A stretch of DNA of 40,949 nt from an uncultured Oscillospiraceae bacterium (lineage in GTDB: Bacteria > Bacillota > Clostridia > Oscillospirales > Oscillospiraceae): assembly GCA_964604925.1 (NCBI GenBank), contig CAZSAZ010000001.1:1-40949 (forward strand). The letters run 5' to 3'. Every line of letters begins with the position of its first letter. Position 1 is the first letter of the stretch. Both the position numbers and the translations under genes were made by a program. The notes beneath the pieces were generated by a model. The model made no database searches and was not told where the DNA came from. It saw nothing but the letters and a program-made list of their open reading frames with translations. This document shows, piece by piece, positions 1 to 8,854 of the stretch.

Positions 1-2
1 AC

Positions 3-806
3 AAGGACGAAATGAGCCTGTTCATCGACCTGGGTACCAACGGCGAGATCGTCTTTGGCAACCGGGACTTTTTGATGAGCTGTGCCTGCTCGGCAGGTCC
101 CGCCTTTGAAGGCGGCGATATCTCCTGCGGCATGAGAGCCACCGATGGCGCGGTGGAGGCCTGTGTTATCAATAGGGAAACCATGGAACCCACCTTGACC
201 ATCGTGGGAGATCCGGGGCAGAAGCCGGTGGGCATCTGCGGCTCGGGTATCATTGACATCATCTCGGAGCTGTTCCGCCGGGGCATCATCAACGCTCGGG
301 GGCAGTTCGTCCGGGAGGGCAAGCGGATTCGCCGGGACCACCACGGCTCGGGTCGGTATGTGCTGGCCTTTGAGGAGGAGTCGGAAACCGGCCGGGAGGT
401 TTCCATCAACGAGGTAGATATTGACAACTTCATCCGGGCAAAGGGCGCCATCTTCTCCGCCATTGATACCCTTCTGAAGTCCGTGGATATGACGGTGGAT
501 TTGATCGACCATGTATACGTGGCCGGCGGCATTGGCTCGGGAATCAACATGGCCAACGCCGTGAACATCGGAATGTTCCCGGATGTGGAGCTGGAAAAAT
601 TCAGCTATATTGGCAATTCCTCCCTGACGGGGGCCTACGCCATGTGCGTCAGCGATATGGCCAACGAAAAGTGCGCCGAAGTGGCGGCCAATATGACCTA
701 CCTGGAGCTGAGTACCTACCCCGGATACATGGACTCCTTTGTGGCGGCCTGTTTCCTGCCCCATACCGACCGGAGCCTGTTCCCGAATTCCGTCCAGGAG
801 CTGTGA
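3..806 (+). CDS. ASKHA-domain reductive activator of corrinoid proteins (RACo/DUF4445), 5'-truncated by the window edge
   Basis: Motifs LFIDLGTNGEIV, CSAGPAFEGG, GICGSG, VAGGIG and GNSSL are typical of the RACo C-terminal region. The frame is open to the window start. Confidence 0.9.
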   Translation, partial: KDEMSLFIDLGTNGEIVFGNRDFLMSCACSAGPAFEGGDISCGMRATDGAVEACVINRETMEPTLTIVGDPGQKPVGICGSGIIDIISELFRRGIINARGQFVREGKRIRRDHHGSGRYVLAFEEESETGREVSINEVDIDNFIRAKGAIFSAIDTLLKSVDMTVDLIDHVYVAGGIGSGINMANAVNIGMFPDVELEKFSYIGNSSLTGAYAMCVSDMANEKCAEVAANMTYLELSTYPGYMDSFVAACFLPHTDRSLFPNSVQEL

Positions 807-842
807 CCCTGGAACCATTCTATTGATAGGAGTTTCCTGTTC

Positions 843-1454
843 ATGCAGATTGAAAATCACAAAGAAGAAGTCCCTTTTTCCTTTTATGAGGAACGTTATC
901 GCCAGTTAGACCCCATTCAGACTGTGGAGCGGTTGCCCTTTGTTTCTTGGGATGGGAAGGAATTCACCGTGACCCTGTTATCCCGGAGCTACCGGCTGAG
1001 TTGGCCGGAGTATGCCATTACCCCTCTGGATGGGGGAAGGATCCCTCCTCTGCCTACCCAGACCTTCCTGCTGCGGGTGCTGCTGGAGGGAGCGGACACT
1101 CCCTGGGCCGGAGAATGGAAAACCTTCCGGGAAATGCCCTGGGGCGAGATGTACATCGGCCCCTACACCGGACGGGTGCTCACCCGGGCGGCCTTCACCT
1201 TCGGAACCCGGCTGGAAGCCTTCCGGAAGGCTGCGGAACAACTGGGTGGCATGGCGGTGAAAAACGGGGATGCAGGATACCAGTTTGATTTCCTGGGGCC
1301 CTATTCCATGCGGATTCTGGTATGGGAGGGGGACGAGGAATTCCCACCCAATGCCCAGGTGCTTTACACCGAAAATTTCGCCCAGGGATTCTCTGCGGAG
1401 GATCGGGTGGTGGCTGGAGATATTCTCATTGGCCACATCAAAAGCGCAATGTAA
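843..1454 (+). CDS. DUF3786 domain protein
   Basis: WKTFREMPWGEMY and ILVWEGDEEFPPNAQVLY...AED motifs; SD AGGAG upstream; common neighbour of corrinoid-activation genes. Confidence 0.8.
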   Translation: MQIENHKEEVPFSFYEERYRQLDPIQTVERLPFVSWDGKEFTVTLLSRSYRLSWPEYAITPLDGGRIPPLPTQTFLLRVLLEGADTPWAGEWKTFREMPWGEMYIGPYTGRVLTRAAFTFGTRLEAFRKAAEQLGGMAVKNGDAGYQFDFLGPYSMRILVWEGDEEFPPNAQVLYTENFAQGFSAEDRVVAGDILIGHIKSAM

Positions 1455-1477
1455 CGCAACGTAATAGTGTAACCAGG

Positions 1478-1519
1478 AACAGGGCCGTGGCTCCCAAGAA
1501 GGGGTCACGGCCCTGTTTT
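1478..1519. terminator. Intrinsic terminator hairpin between convergent genes
   Basis: AACAGGGCCGTG...CACGGCCCTGTT inverted repeat followed by Ts. Confidence 0.8.
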
Positions 1520-2462
1520 ACTGTAAATTCTTCCGATATTGACCGGGGGACAGGCCAAATTCCGATTTGAAGGCCCGGTAGAAGCTGGAGTAGTCCTGGA
1601 ATCCCACGGATATACTGATTTGCTCCATGGGCAGGCCGCTTTGAATCAGCAGCAAGGACTCGTTTAGTCGACGCTGGGTGACATAACGGTAAAAGCTGAT
1701 GCCTAGGCGATTGCGGAACAACTGGCTGATGGTGCTTTGACTGACCCAGAACTGGGAGGCTACATCAGCCAGGGTGATTCGTTCCCCCAGATGGGTGTCC
1801 ACATGGTGGATGATTTTTTCCAGCAAGGCTGGCGTGTTGTCCGGTTGGGAATCGGAGCGCCAAAACCGGGCAATTTGCACCATCAGGTCGGTGGCAATGC
1901 CAAATGCTGCCGTTTCATACCGGAAGGTCTGCTGTTCACATTCCTGGACACACCGGCGGAAACATTCGGATATATGGGGAGAGGCACCTCCGGCGGTGTG
2001 CAAAATGAAGTGGGGCATTTCCTCCGGCAGGGCTTCTCCGCTGTTTAGGAATATGGTGCGGTTCAAATGGATGAATTCCGGACTGAGCCACAGAACATAC
2101 CGCAAATAGGGCTCAGGCAAATGGGAAGGGATGATAAGCCCGTGGCGAACCCCCGGGGGGAGAAAGAGAAGATCCCCTGGAATCAGGTGTTCGGTCTGGT
2201 TACCTACATAATAGACCATATCTCCGCCGGATACGCAGTAAACCAGCTCGAAAAAATTGTGGGAATGAATTTCTACGGTGTCACCGGCGTAGTTCACGTC
2301 CATATGGGCATCCACAAATCGGGAGGACATTTCCATTTGATCATAGAGGGTGGCCGGGTCGATCCCCTCATCCTGGAGCATTTTTCGGATCTGGTTGGCC
2401 TCCTCTGCCGACTTCGGAAACGGAATTTGCTGCAATCGATTTCGTAACTCATCCTTTTTCAC
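1518..2462 (-). CDS. AraC-family transcriptional regulator (cupin + double HTH)
   Basis: Cupin motif HSHNFFELVY...PPGVRHG and C-terminal VGFQDYSSFYRAFKSEFGLSPGQYRK. GTG start at 2462 follows SD AGGAGGA. Confidence 0.9.
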   Translation of the reverse strand: MKKDELRNRLQQIPFPKSAEEANQIRKMLQDEGIDPATLYDQMEMSSRFVDAHMDVNYAGDTVEIHSHNFFELVYCVSGGDMVYYVGNQTEHLIPGDLLFLPPGVRHGLIIPSHLPEPYLRYVLWLSPEFIHLNRTIFLNSGEALPEEMPHFILHTAGGASPHISECFRRCVQECEQQTFRYETAAFGIATDLMVQIARFWRSDSQPDNTPALLEKIIHHVDTHLGERITLADVASQFWVSQSTISQLFRNRLGISFYRYVTQRRLNESLLLIQSGLPMEQISISVGFQDYSSFYRAFKSEFGLSPGQYRKNLQ

Positions 2463-2638
2463 AAAACTTCCTCCTGACAAAAAAACCTTTGTGTTCATAT
2501 TATATGATACATTTGACGGAAATGCAAGATTCAATACTAATTTTGCAATGTCTTTTACATTCATATTTTGTTAAAATGTTTTCGACAAATCGGGTGCGGT
2601 ATGTCCGACCCGGGAAAAAAGAATTGGAGGAAAAAACA

Positions 2639-4075
2639 ATGGCAAAAACCCCGTCTAACAAGCTGACGATGAAGCACATCTTCGGCTACGGCTGTGGCGA
2701 CGCCGGCGGCGTGATTACGCTGTACATGGTGTCTGGCTACATGTCTCGTTATCTGCAGGTTCACTTGCAGATGAATGCCGCTCTGCTGGCAACCATCCTT
2801 TTGATCTGGAACATCTGGGACGCAGTGAACGATCCCATGATGGGCACCCTGATCGATATCATGTTCGCAAAGACCGTCAAGAAGAATCCCAACGCAGACC
2901 GCTGCCGTCCCTGGATTCTGTACTCCATTCCCATCATTGTGGTGGGTCTGATTGCCTTCTACCTGGTCCCCGCTAGACTGGGCGGCGGCATCGCAATGGT
3001 CGTCTCCGCTTTCGTGCTGAAGATCATCTACGAGGCTGGCTACACCATGATGAACATCGGCATGGGCTCCCTGCTGGGCAACATGGCCACCAACGACAAC
3101 GAGCGTGCTACCCTGGCTTCTGCCCGTGGCATGGGCTCCACCGTCGGCGGCCTGATCGCTGGTGTTGTCATTCCTCAGGGCATTCAGCACTTCGGTGACA
3201 ACGCTACCGGCTACGGCTACACTGCTATCGTCTGCGCTGTTCTGGGCGGCATCATCATCTTCCTGCACTACGCTCTGACCGAGGAGCGGAACAAGGTCGC
3301 TCCCGTGGAGCAGACTCCCGAGGAAGAAGAGGCCAACAAGGTTAAGATTACCGACATTCTGGTTACCTTCAAGAAGAACCGCGCTTTCCTGGCTCTGGTT
3401 CTCCACTCCATCTGCATCTGCTGTGTCCAGGGTCTGGGCAACGGCGCTGCTACTTACATGTACGCTGACGTCCTGGGCAACGTGGGTATCCAGTCTCTGG
3501 CTTCCGCTCTGTCCTCCAGCCTGATGGTTGTCATCCTGTTGGCTGCTCCCATCCTGACCAAGAAGTGGGATCTGGTGGACGTCATCCGTGTCTGCCTGGT
3601 CATCGGTGCTGTTTTCTATGGCGTTACCACTGTCTATGCCTTCGCTGTTGGCCCCGCCAACATGAATGCTACTCTGTACGTTGTCCTGATGGCTCTGGCT
3701 GCTGCCGGTGTCACCATGTCCGTCCAGATGCAGTGGGGCATGGTTGCTGAGGCCATTGACTACAACGAGTATGTCACCGGCAAGCGTGGCGAGGGCTCCA
3801 TCTATGGTATGTTCTCCTTCTCCCGCCGCTTCGGCTCCATCGTTGCTTCCTCCGCTTCCGTTATGATCATCGACGCCATCGGCTATGATACTGCTGCAAA
3901 GCAGGCCGGCCTGGCTCAGACTGCTTCCGTTATGAACGGTATCACCGCAATGGTCACCGTTCTGCCCATCATCGCTGCCATCGGCTCCTTCTGCTGCTTC
4001 ACCTTCATTTGGAACCTGAAGGGCGAGACCCGCGAGAAGATGAAGGAGTGGAAGGCCGCAAGAGCTGCTAAGTAA
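2639..4075 (+). CDS. MFS glycoside-pentoside-hexuronide (GPH/MelB-like) cation symporter
   Basis: GYGCGDAG, WDAVNDPMMGTLID, RPW, ERATLASAR and EAIDYNEYVTGKRGEG motifs; about 12 hydrophobic segments; SD GGAGG before ATG 2639. Confidence 0.9.
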   Translation: MAKTPSNKLTMKHIFGYGCGDAGGVITLYMVSGYMSRYLQVHLQMNAALLATILLIWNIWDAVNDPMMGTLIDIMFAKTVKKNPNADRCRPWILYSIPIIVVGLIAFYLVPARLGGGIAMVVSAFVLKIIYEAGYTMMNIGMGSLLGNMATNDNERATLASARGMGSTVGGLIAGVVIPQGIQHFGDNATGYGYTAIVCAVLGGIIIFLHYALTEERNKVAPVEQTPEEEEANKVKITDILVTFKKNRAFLALVLHSICICCVQGLGNGAATYMYADVLGNVGIQSLASALSSSLMVVILLAAPILTKKWDLVDVIRVCLVIGAVFYGVTTVYAFAVGPANMNATLYVVLMALAAAGVTMSVQMQWGMVAEAIDYNEYVTGKRGEGSIYGMFSFSRRFGSIVASSASVMIIDAIGYDTAAKQAGLAQTASVMNGITAMVTVLPIIAAIGSFCCFTFIWNLKGETREKMKEWKAARAAK

Positions 4076-4116
4076 TTTTCACTGATTTACCTAGCCACTT
4101 TGTAATCGTCCGTTTT

Positions 4117-4150
4117 GAGCGGCACGGCTTCACTGCCGTGCCGCTCTTTC
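4117..4150 (+). terminator. Intra-operon 12-bp hairpin (partial terminator or mRNA stabiliser)
   Basis: GAGCGGCACGGC-ttcact-GCCGTGCCGCTC followed by TTTCTTCT. Confidence 0.65.
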
Positions 4151-4176
4151 TTCTATCCAGAGAAAGGAAAAATATC

Positions 4177-5022
4177 ATGGAAATGCGTACCAGAATTTTT
4201 GGAAAACTTCTCAACAGCGAGGTACAGGAGTACCTGAAGCGGAACGATGTCATCATCGTTCCGGTGGGCACCACCGAAATGCACGGCGGATTCCCCCTGG
4301 ACTGCGAGACGGTCATCAGCGAAGCCTACGCCCTGAAAATGGCAGAGGCCTGTGACGGTTTGGTGCTGACGGGGCTGCCCTACTTCTATGCCGGTGCTAC
4401 CGCCTCCGGCCGGGGTACGGTTCAGGTTTCGGTTCGTCAGGGCATTGACTATCTGGGGGCCATTGCCCGGAGCTTGCTGCGTTTGGGCTTTAAGCGTCAG
4501 GTCTACATTTCCTTCCATGGCCCGGCTCACATGACCATTTGCCCCATGGTTCGGGACTTTTATGACGAAACCGGTGTGCCTATCTTGTACTACGATGCCA
4601 TGATGCACTTTGGTAAGTGCCAGGATTTGCTGAAGGATGCTGGCTTTGGTGCCTTCCACGATATCACTGTGGGTGCATACAAGATCATGAACCGGTTGGA
4701 CGATGTGCCTTTGGTCACGGGTTACGATCACCATGAGCCTTCTTCCGCATCCTTCTTCCGGGATATCTCGGGTCTGGCTTATCAGAGTGCTGCGGTGGGC
4801 TATTGCTTCGGTGAGAATGGCGACCATATGGCTACTCCCGACATTCCTGACGTGGAGACCCGGGATCAGAAGGCCCAGGTGGGTGCTGATCTAATCTGCA
4901 AAATGGTGGATCGGATGGATATGCCCCACGTGGTGGAGCAGTTGCGGAAATTGGAGGAGTATGGTCTGGAGAACGAGAAAAAGTATCCCTGGATGCCCTC
5001 TGCCTGGAACCGCAACCACTAA
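4177..5022 (+). CDS. Creatininase-family amidohydrolase (divergent)
   Basis: IIVPVGTTEMHGGFPLDCE resembles PxGxxEQHGxHLPLxTD; GFKRQVYISFHG resembles GFxxxxxxNGHGGN; SD AGAAAGGA before ATG 4177. Confidence 0.8.
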   Translation: MEMRTRIFGKLLNSEVQEYLKRNDVIIVPVGTTEMHGGFPLDCETVISEAYALKMAEACDGLVLTGLPYFYAGATASGRGTVQVSVRQGIDYLGAIARSLLRLGFKRQVYISFHGPAHMTICPMVRDFYDETGVPILYYDAMMHFGKCQDLLKDAGFGAFHDITVGAYKIMNRLDDVPLVTGYDHHEPSSASFFRDISGLAYQSAAVGYCFGENGDHMATPDIPDVETRDQKAQVGADLICKMVDRMDMPHVVEQLRKLEEYGLENEKKYPWMPSAWNRNH

Positions 5023-5154
5023 CCCGGCAGTGCCGGGAGCCAATGCGTGCCCGGTCTGGGCAAAGGTCGTCACGCAAGGAGAAACCGCTCGGTAACGTTC
5101 CGTTTCAGAGTACCGAATAACTGGAACCGGCAGTGCCGGGGCCAATGAGTGCCC
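5021..5154. repeat. Two imperfect ~30-bp direct repeats, each with a palindromic core CCGGCA-G-TGCCGG
   Basis: AACCCGGCAGTGCCGGGAGCCAATGCGTGCCC (5021-5052) and AACCGGCAGTGCCGGGGCCAATGAGTGCCC (5125-5154). Confidence 0.75.
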
Positions 5155-5185
5155 TCCGGCCGAGGCGCAGTATTAGGAAAAAGCG

Positions 5186-5216
5186 AATCCCTCCGACCGT
5201 TCAGGTCGGAGGGATT
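5186..5216. terminator. Terminator hairpin between convergent genes
   Basis: AATCCCTCCGACC-gttca-GGTCGGAGGGATT, a perfect 13-bp stem. Confidence 0.8.
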
Positions 5217-5234
5217 GTTGGTTTCAAGGGGCAA

Positions 5235-6152
5235 TCAGACCAGGCTCATCAGCAGGCACAGCCCGGGGACGGACACCATAGACAGCACAGTGGACAGGAA
5301 CATCATGGACACGGCGAATTTTTCGTCCTTGCCGTGCTGGCTGGCCAAAATGGGCAGCGTCACCGGGGCAGGCATACCGGCCAGAATGGTGGCCACCTGG
5401 GTCACCAGGGGTTCCAGGGACAGAAGGCGACATCCGGCAAACACCAACAAGGGAATCACCACCAGCCGCAGCAGGCAGTAGCCCAGTGCCTCCGGATCCA
5501 GAATCTGCTTGAGATTGATCTCCGCCAGAATGGCACCTACCACCATCAGCGACAGGGGGGTATTGCATCCGCTCACCAAGCCAAGGGGACGGGTCAGGAA
5601 AGTGGGCAGAGTGATTTGGGTGAACAGGAAGAACAGGCCCACAGCCACGGCAATGATACACGGATGGGTCAGGGTCTTTTTCCAGACATCCTTCCCTTTG
5701 CCGCCGGTAAAGCAGCTCACCCCTGCTGACCACATCAAGATCCGGGCGGGGATGAGGTAGATGGAGCCATAAAGGAGTCCCTGAGACCCGTAGAGTCCCT
5801 CCACAATGGGATTTCCCAGGAATCCAGCGTTGGATACCAGTGTGGCATATTCCAGGGAAGGACGGCGTTGGGGATCGGACTTGGCGAAAATTGTCCGTCC
5901 TAGGAAGAAGGCCCCCAACTGGGCTCCGATGGAGGCCAGGAAAATGGCCAGACCCGATTGGAGGACATCCCAGCTAAAAGAGATCATAAAGCTCTTGATG
6001 ATGTTACAAGGGAGGATGAAATTCAGAACCAAATCCGTCACGCCCTTCCGGAAGGTCGGGGGAAACAGGCCGACCTTTGCCAGAAGGAATCCGAGGAACA
6101 GGAGAATGAGAATGGTCAATTGGGTTTCGATTAAATTTTCCAGAGCGTCCAT
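5235..6152 (-). CDS. AEC (auxin efflux carrier / malate permease-like) family transporter
   Basis: SNAGFLGNPIVEGLYG, PLSLMVVGA, LLRLVVIPLL and GMPAP...FLSTVLS motifs; about 10 TM segments. Confidence 0.88.
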   Translation of the reverse strand: MDALENLIETQLTILILLFLGFLLAKVGLFPPTFRKGVTDLVLNFILPCNIIKSFMISFSWDVLQSGLAIFLASIGAQLGAFFLGRTIFAKSDPQRRPSLEYATLVSNAGFLGNPIVEGLYGSQGLLYGSIYLIPARILMWSAGVSCFTGGKGKDVWKKTLTHPCIIAVAVGLFFLFTQITLPTFLTRPLGLVSGCNTPLSLMVVGAILAEINLKQILDPEALGYCLLRLVVIPLLVFAGCRLLSLEPLVTQVATILAGMPAPVTLPILASQHGKDEKFAVSMMFLSTVLSMVSVPGLCLLMSLV

Positions 6153-6197
6153 GGGGAGAAAAACCGCCTTTCTATCTGATGATACAGTATTAGGATA

Positions 6198-6848
6198 TTA
6201 TACCAAGCCGCTGTGGGCAATGAGGAGGGATTCAGATTCCACCCCGGGAGCGTCCTTTGGCTCCAGACCCCAAGTGGGGAAAGAGGAAAAGCATTGCATT
6301 TTTCCCTTCCAAGGGAACTGAATCCGGCAGGAGTAGAGCATGGGGGCCTTGGCCTCGTCACGGGCACCATACTTGTGATCGCCTACCAAGGGGAACCCCC
6401 GGGAGGCGAATTGCACCCGGATTTGATGGCTTCGGCCGGTGTGGAGGGAAACGTGGATCAGGCTTTTCGGTCCGGCGGTGCAGCGCCGGAAGGAAAGACA
6501 GGCCTTTTTAACCCCTTTTCTTTCTCGTTTTACCACGAAAACCTTGTTCTTGTGGTTGTCCTTAAATAGAAGATCCTCCCAGGTTCCTGCATCCGGTGGG
6601 GTGCCGTGAACCAGACAACGGTATTCCTTCTGAAATTGTCCCTCCTGCACCAATTTGCTCAAGGCAGCTGCGCCGGCTTTGGAGCGGCCATAAACCATTA
6701 CTCCGGCCACATTCTTGTCCAGCCGGTGAATGGGGTAACATTCCCCACCCAAAGCCTGGATGATGGCCTGGGGCATATCATGTTCGGAATCCAGACCGGC
6801 GGGCTTCACCACAGCCGCCAGATCGCCGTCGGAATAGAGTATCTCCAT
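6198..6848 (-). CDS. RluA-family RNA pseudouridine synthase
   Basis: VVKPAG, catalytic IHRLD, TGRSHQIRVQ and PLVGDHKYG; ATG 6848 follows SD AAGGAGGA. Confidence 0.92.
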   Translation of the reverse strand: MEILYSDGDLAAVVKPAGLDSEHDMPQAIIQALGGECYPIHRLDKNVAGVMVYGRSKAGAAALSKLVQEGQFQKEYRCLVHGTPPDAGTWEDLLFKDNHKNKVFVVKRERKGVKKACLSFRRCTAGPKSLIHVSLHTGRSHQIRVQFASRGFPLVGDHKYGARDEAKAPMLYSCRIQFPWKGKMQCFSSFPTWGLEPKDAPGVESESLLIAHSGLV

Positions 6849-6940
6849 CGTGTCCTCCTTGGGATAGCCCCGGTGGGATGGGGCCTTTTCCTCTATTATA
6901 CACGAAGGATGGAAAAAGTCCAAAAAAATTATTGTTGCGC

Positions 6941-6969
6941 TTGCAACATTTTGGAATTTGGTGTATAAT
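6941..6969 (+). promoter_or_regulatory. Sigma-A promoter of the ABC exporter
   Basis: TTGCAA-17 bp-TATAAT. Confidence 0.7.
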
Positions 6970-7000
6970 GGGGAAAAACTTGAGATAGAAGGAGATTTGT

Positions 7001-8749
7001 ATGACCACAAAGGAGTATCAGAAAAAGCGTCCTTTGGCGATTTTTCTCAGTTATTTCAAAAACCATCTGGGATTGTTTATCCTGGATATCACCTGTGCGG
7101 TGCTCATTGCCGCCGTTGATCTAGCCTTTCCCATGATTACCCGGACGGCTTTGTATGAGTGGCTGCCCCAGGGGCAGTACCGCTTCTTTTTCACCGTGAT
7201 GGCGGTGGTGGCGGTATGCTATATCATCCGGTCGTTTTTGCAGTTTATCGTGGCCTATTTTGGCCATACCTTTGGTATTCGGGTGGAGGCCGATATCCGG
7301 GCAGATTTGTTTCGGCATATGCAGGAGCTGAGTTTCGATTACTACGACCAGAACCGGACGGGACAGATGATGAGCCGTCTGACTACGGATCTGTTTGAGT
7401 TGACGGAGCTGGCCCACCACGGCCCGGAGGATATCCTAACCTCCTGCGTCACAATTGTAGGTGCCTTGGTGGTGCTGTTCCGGATCCAGTGGAAGCTGGC
7501 ACTGGTGGTGGCCTTGACCATCCCTCTGTTTTTGTTTGTGGTGATGCGGATGCGCAGAAGTATGTCCCTGGCTTCTGCTGAGTCCAAAAAGAAAACCGGC
7601 CACATCAATTCGGAAATTGAGACTAGCCTTTCCGGTATCCGCACAGCCAAGGCCTTTGCCAACGAGGAAATTGAAAATCAACGGTTCACCGCTGCCAATG
7701 AGGAATTCAAGACGGCAAAACGGAGCTTCCACAAGGCTATGGGCCGGTTCCACAGTTCCATGGAGCTGTTCCTCAGTTCTCTGAATGTTATTGTCATCGG
7801 CATTGGTGGCTGGCTGATTATGGGAGGGGAACTGGAATATGTGGATTTGCTGACCTTCTCGCTGTACATTGCCACATTTGTCAACCCTATGCGGAAATTG
7901 GCTAATTTTTCGGAGATGTTTGCCAATGGCTTTGCCGGTTTGAACCGGTTTGTGGAGATCATGCGCACAGAGCCGACCCTGAAGGATAAGCCCCAGGCGG
8001 TGGAATTGCGGCAGGTTCGTGGCCAGATCGATGTGGAGCACGTTTCCTTTACCTATGATGGTTCGCTGGATGTGCTTCGGGATGTATCGCTGAATGTGGC
8101 TCCTGGGGAGACCATTGCCATTGTGGGCCCCTCTGGTGGTGGCAAGTCCACGCTGTGTCAGTTGATCCCCCGGTTTTATGAGGTTTCCCAGGGTGCCATC
8201 CGCATCGATGGCATGGATGTCCGGGACGTGACCCAACACTCCATCCACGAAAACATTGGCATTGTGCAGCAGGATGTGTTCCTCTTTGCGGATACCATCT
8301 TGGAAAACATCCGCTACGGCAAGCCGGATGCCACCATGGAAGAAGTGATCGAAGCGGCAAAGAAGGCGGAGATCTACGACGACATTATGGCAATGCCCCA
8401 GGGGTTTGATACCTATGTGGGAGAACGGGGTGCCCTTCTGTCCGGCGGCCAGAAGCAGAGAGTGTCCATTGCTCGGATTTTCCTGAAGAATCCGCCGATT
8501 TTGATTTTGGATGAAGCCACATCCGCTTTGGACTCGGTGACGGAATCGAAAATCCAGCGAGCCTTTGATACTTTGGCCCAGGGAAGAACCACCCTCATCA
8601 TTGCCCACCGGTTAAGTACAATCCGTTCTGCCCAGCGGATTGTCTCCATTGCCGATGGCGTGATTACGGAGGTGGGAAGCCACGAGGAGTTGATGCAGCG
8701 GGGTGGAATGTACGCCCAGCTTTACGCAACCCAGACCAATATTGGATAA
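7001..8749 (+). CDS. ABC exporter, fused permease/ATP-binding protein (MsbA/Sav1866-like)
   Basis: N-terminal 6-TM domain, Walker A GPSGGGKS, signature LSGGQKQR, Walker B LILDEATSALD, H-loop IAHRLST. Confidence 0.95.
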   Translation: MTTKEYQKKRPLAIFLSYFKNHLGLFILDITCAVLIAAVDLAFPMITRTALYEWLPQGQYRFFFTVMAVVAVCYIIRSFLQFIVAYFGHTFGIRVEADIRADLFRHMQELSFDYYDQNRTGQMMSRLTTDLFELTELAHHGPEDILTSCVTIVGALVVLFRIQWKLALVVALTIPLFLFVVMRMRRSMSLASAESKKKTGHINSEIETSLSGIRTAKAFANEEIENQRFTAANEEFKTAKRSFHKAMGRFHSSMELFLSSLNVIVIGIGGWLIMGGELEYVDLLTFSLYIATFVNPMRKLANFSEMFANGFAGLNRFVEIMRTEPTLKDKPQAVELRQVRGQIDVEHVSFTYDGSLDVLRDVSLNVAPGETIAIVGPSGGGKSTLCQLIPRFYEVSQGAIRIDGMDVRDVTQHSIHENIGIVQQDVFLFADTILENIRYGKPDATMEEVIEAAKKAEIYDDIMAMPQGFDTYVGERGALLSGGQKQRVSIARIFLKNPPILILDEATSALDSVTESKIQRAFDTLAQGRTTLIIAHRLSTIRSAQRIVSIADGVITEVGSHEELMQRGGMYAQLYATQTNIG

Positions 8750-8753
8750 CTGG

Positions 8754-8784
8754 AATCCCGCCGAAGAAAAATCGGCGGGATTTT
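8754..8784 (+). terminator. Intrinsic terminator
   Basis: AATCCCGCCGA-loop-TCGGCGGGATT followed by Ts. Confidence 0.8.
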
Positions 8785-8795
8785 CCCTTTTGCCC

Positions 8796-8824
8796 TGGAC
8801 AAGGGACGTGAACTATGGTATAAT
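8796..8824 (+). promoter_or_regulatory. Sigma-A promoter with extended -10
   Basis: TGGACA-17 bp-TATAAT with TG at -15/-14. Confidence 0.65.
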
Positions 8825-8854
8825 CGACATATGACGGAAATGAGGAGGGATTCC

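Noticed and set aside
5021-5154. Possible mini CRISPR array
   Set aside because: Only two non-identical repeats, a 72-bp structured spacer and no cas genes.
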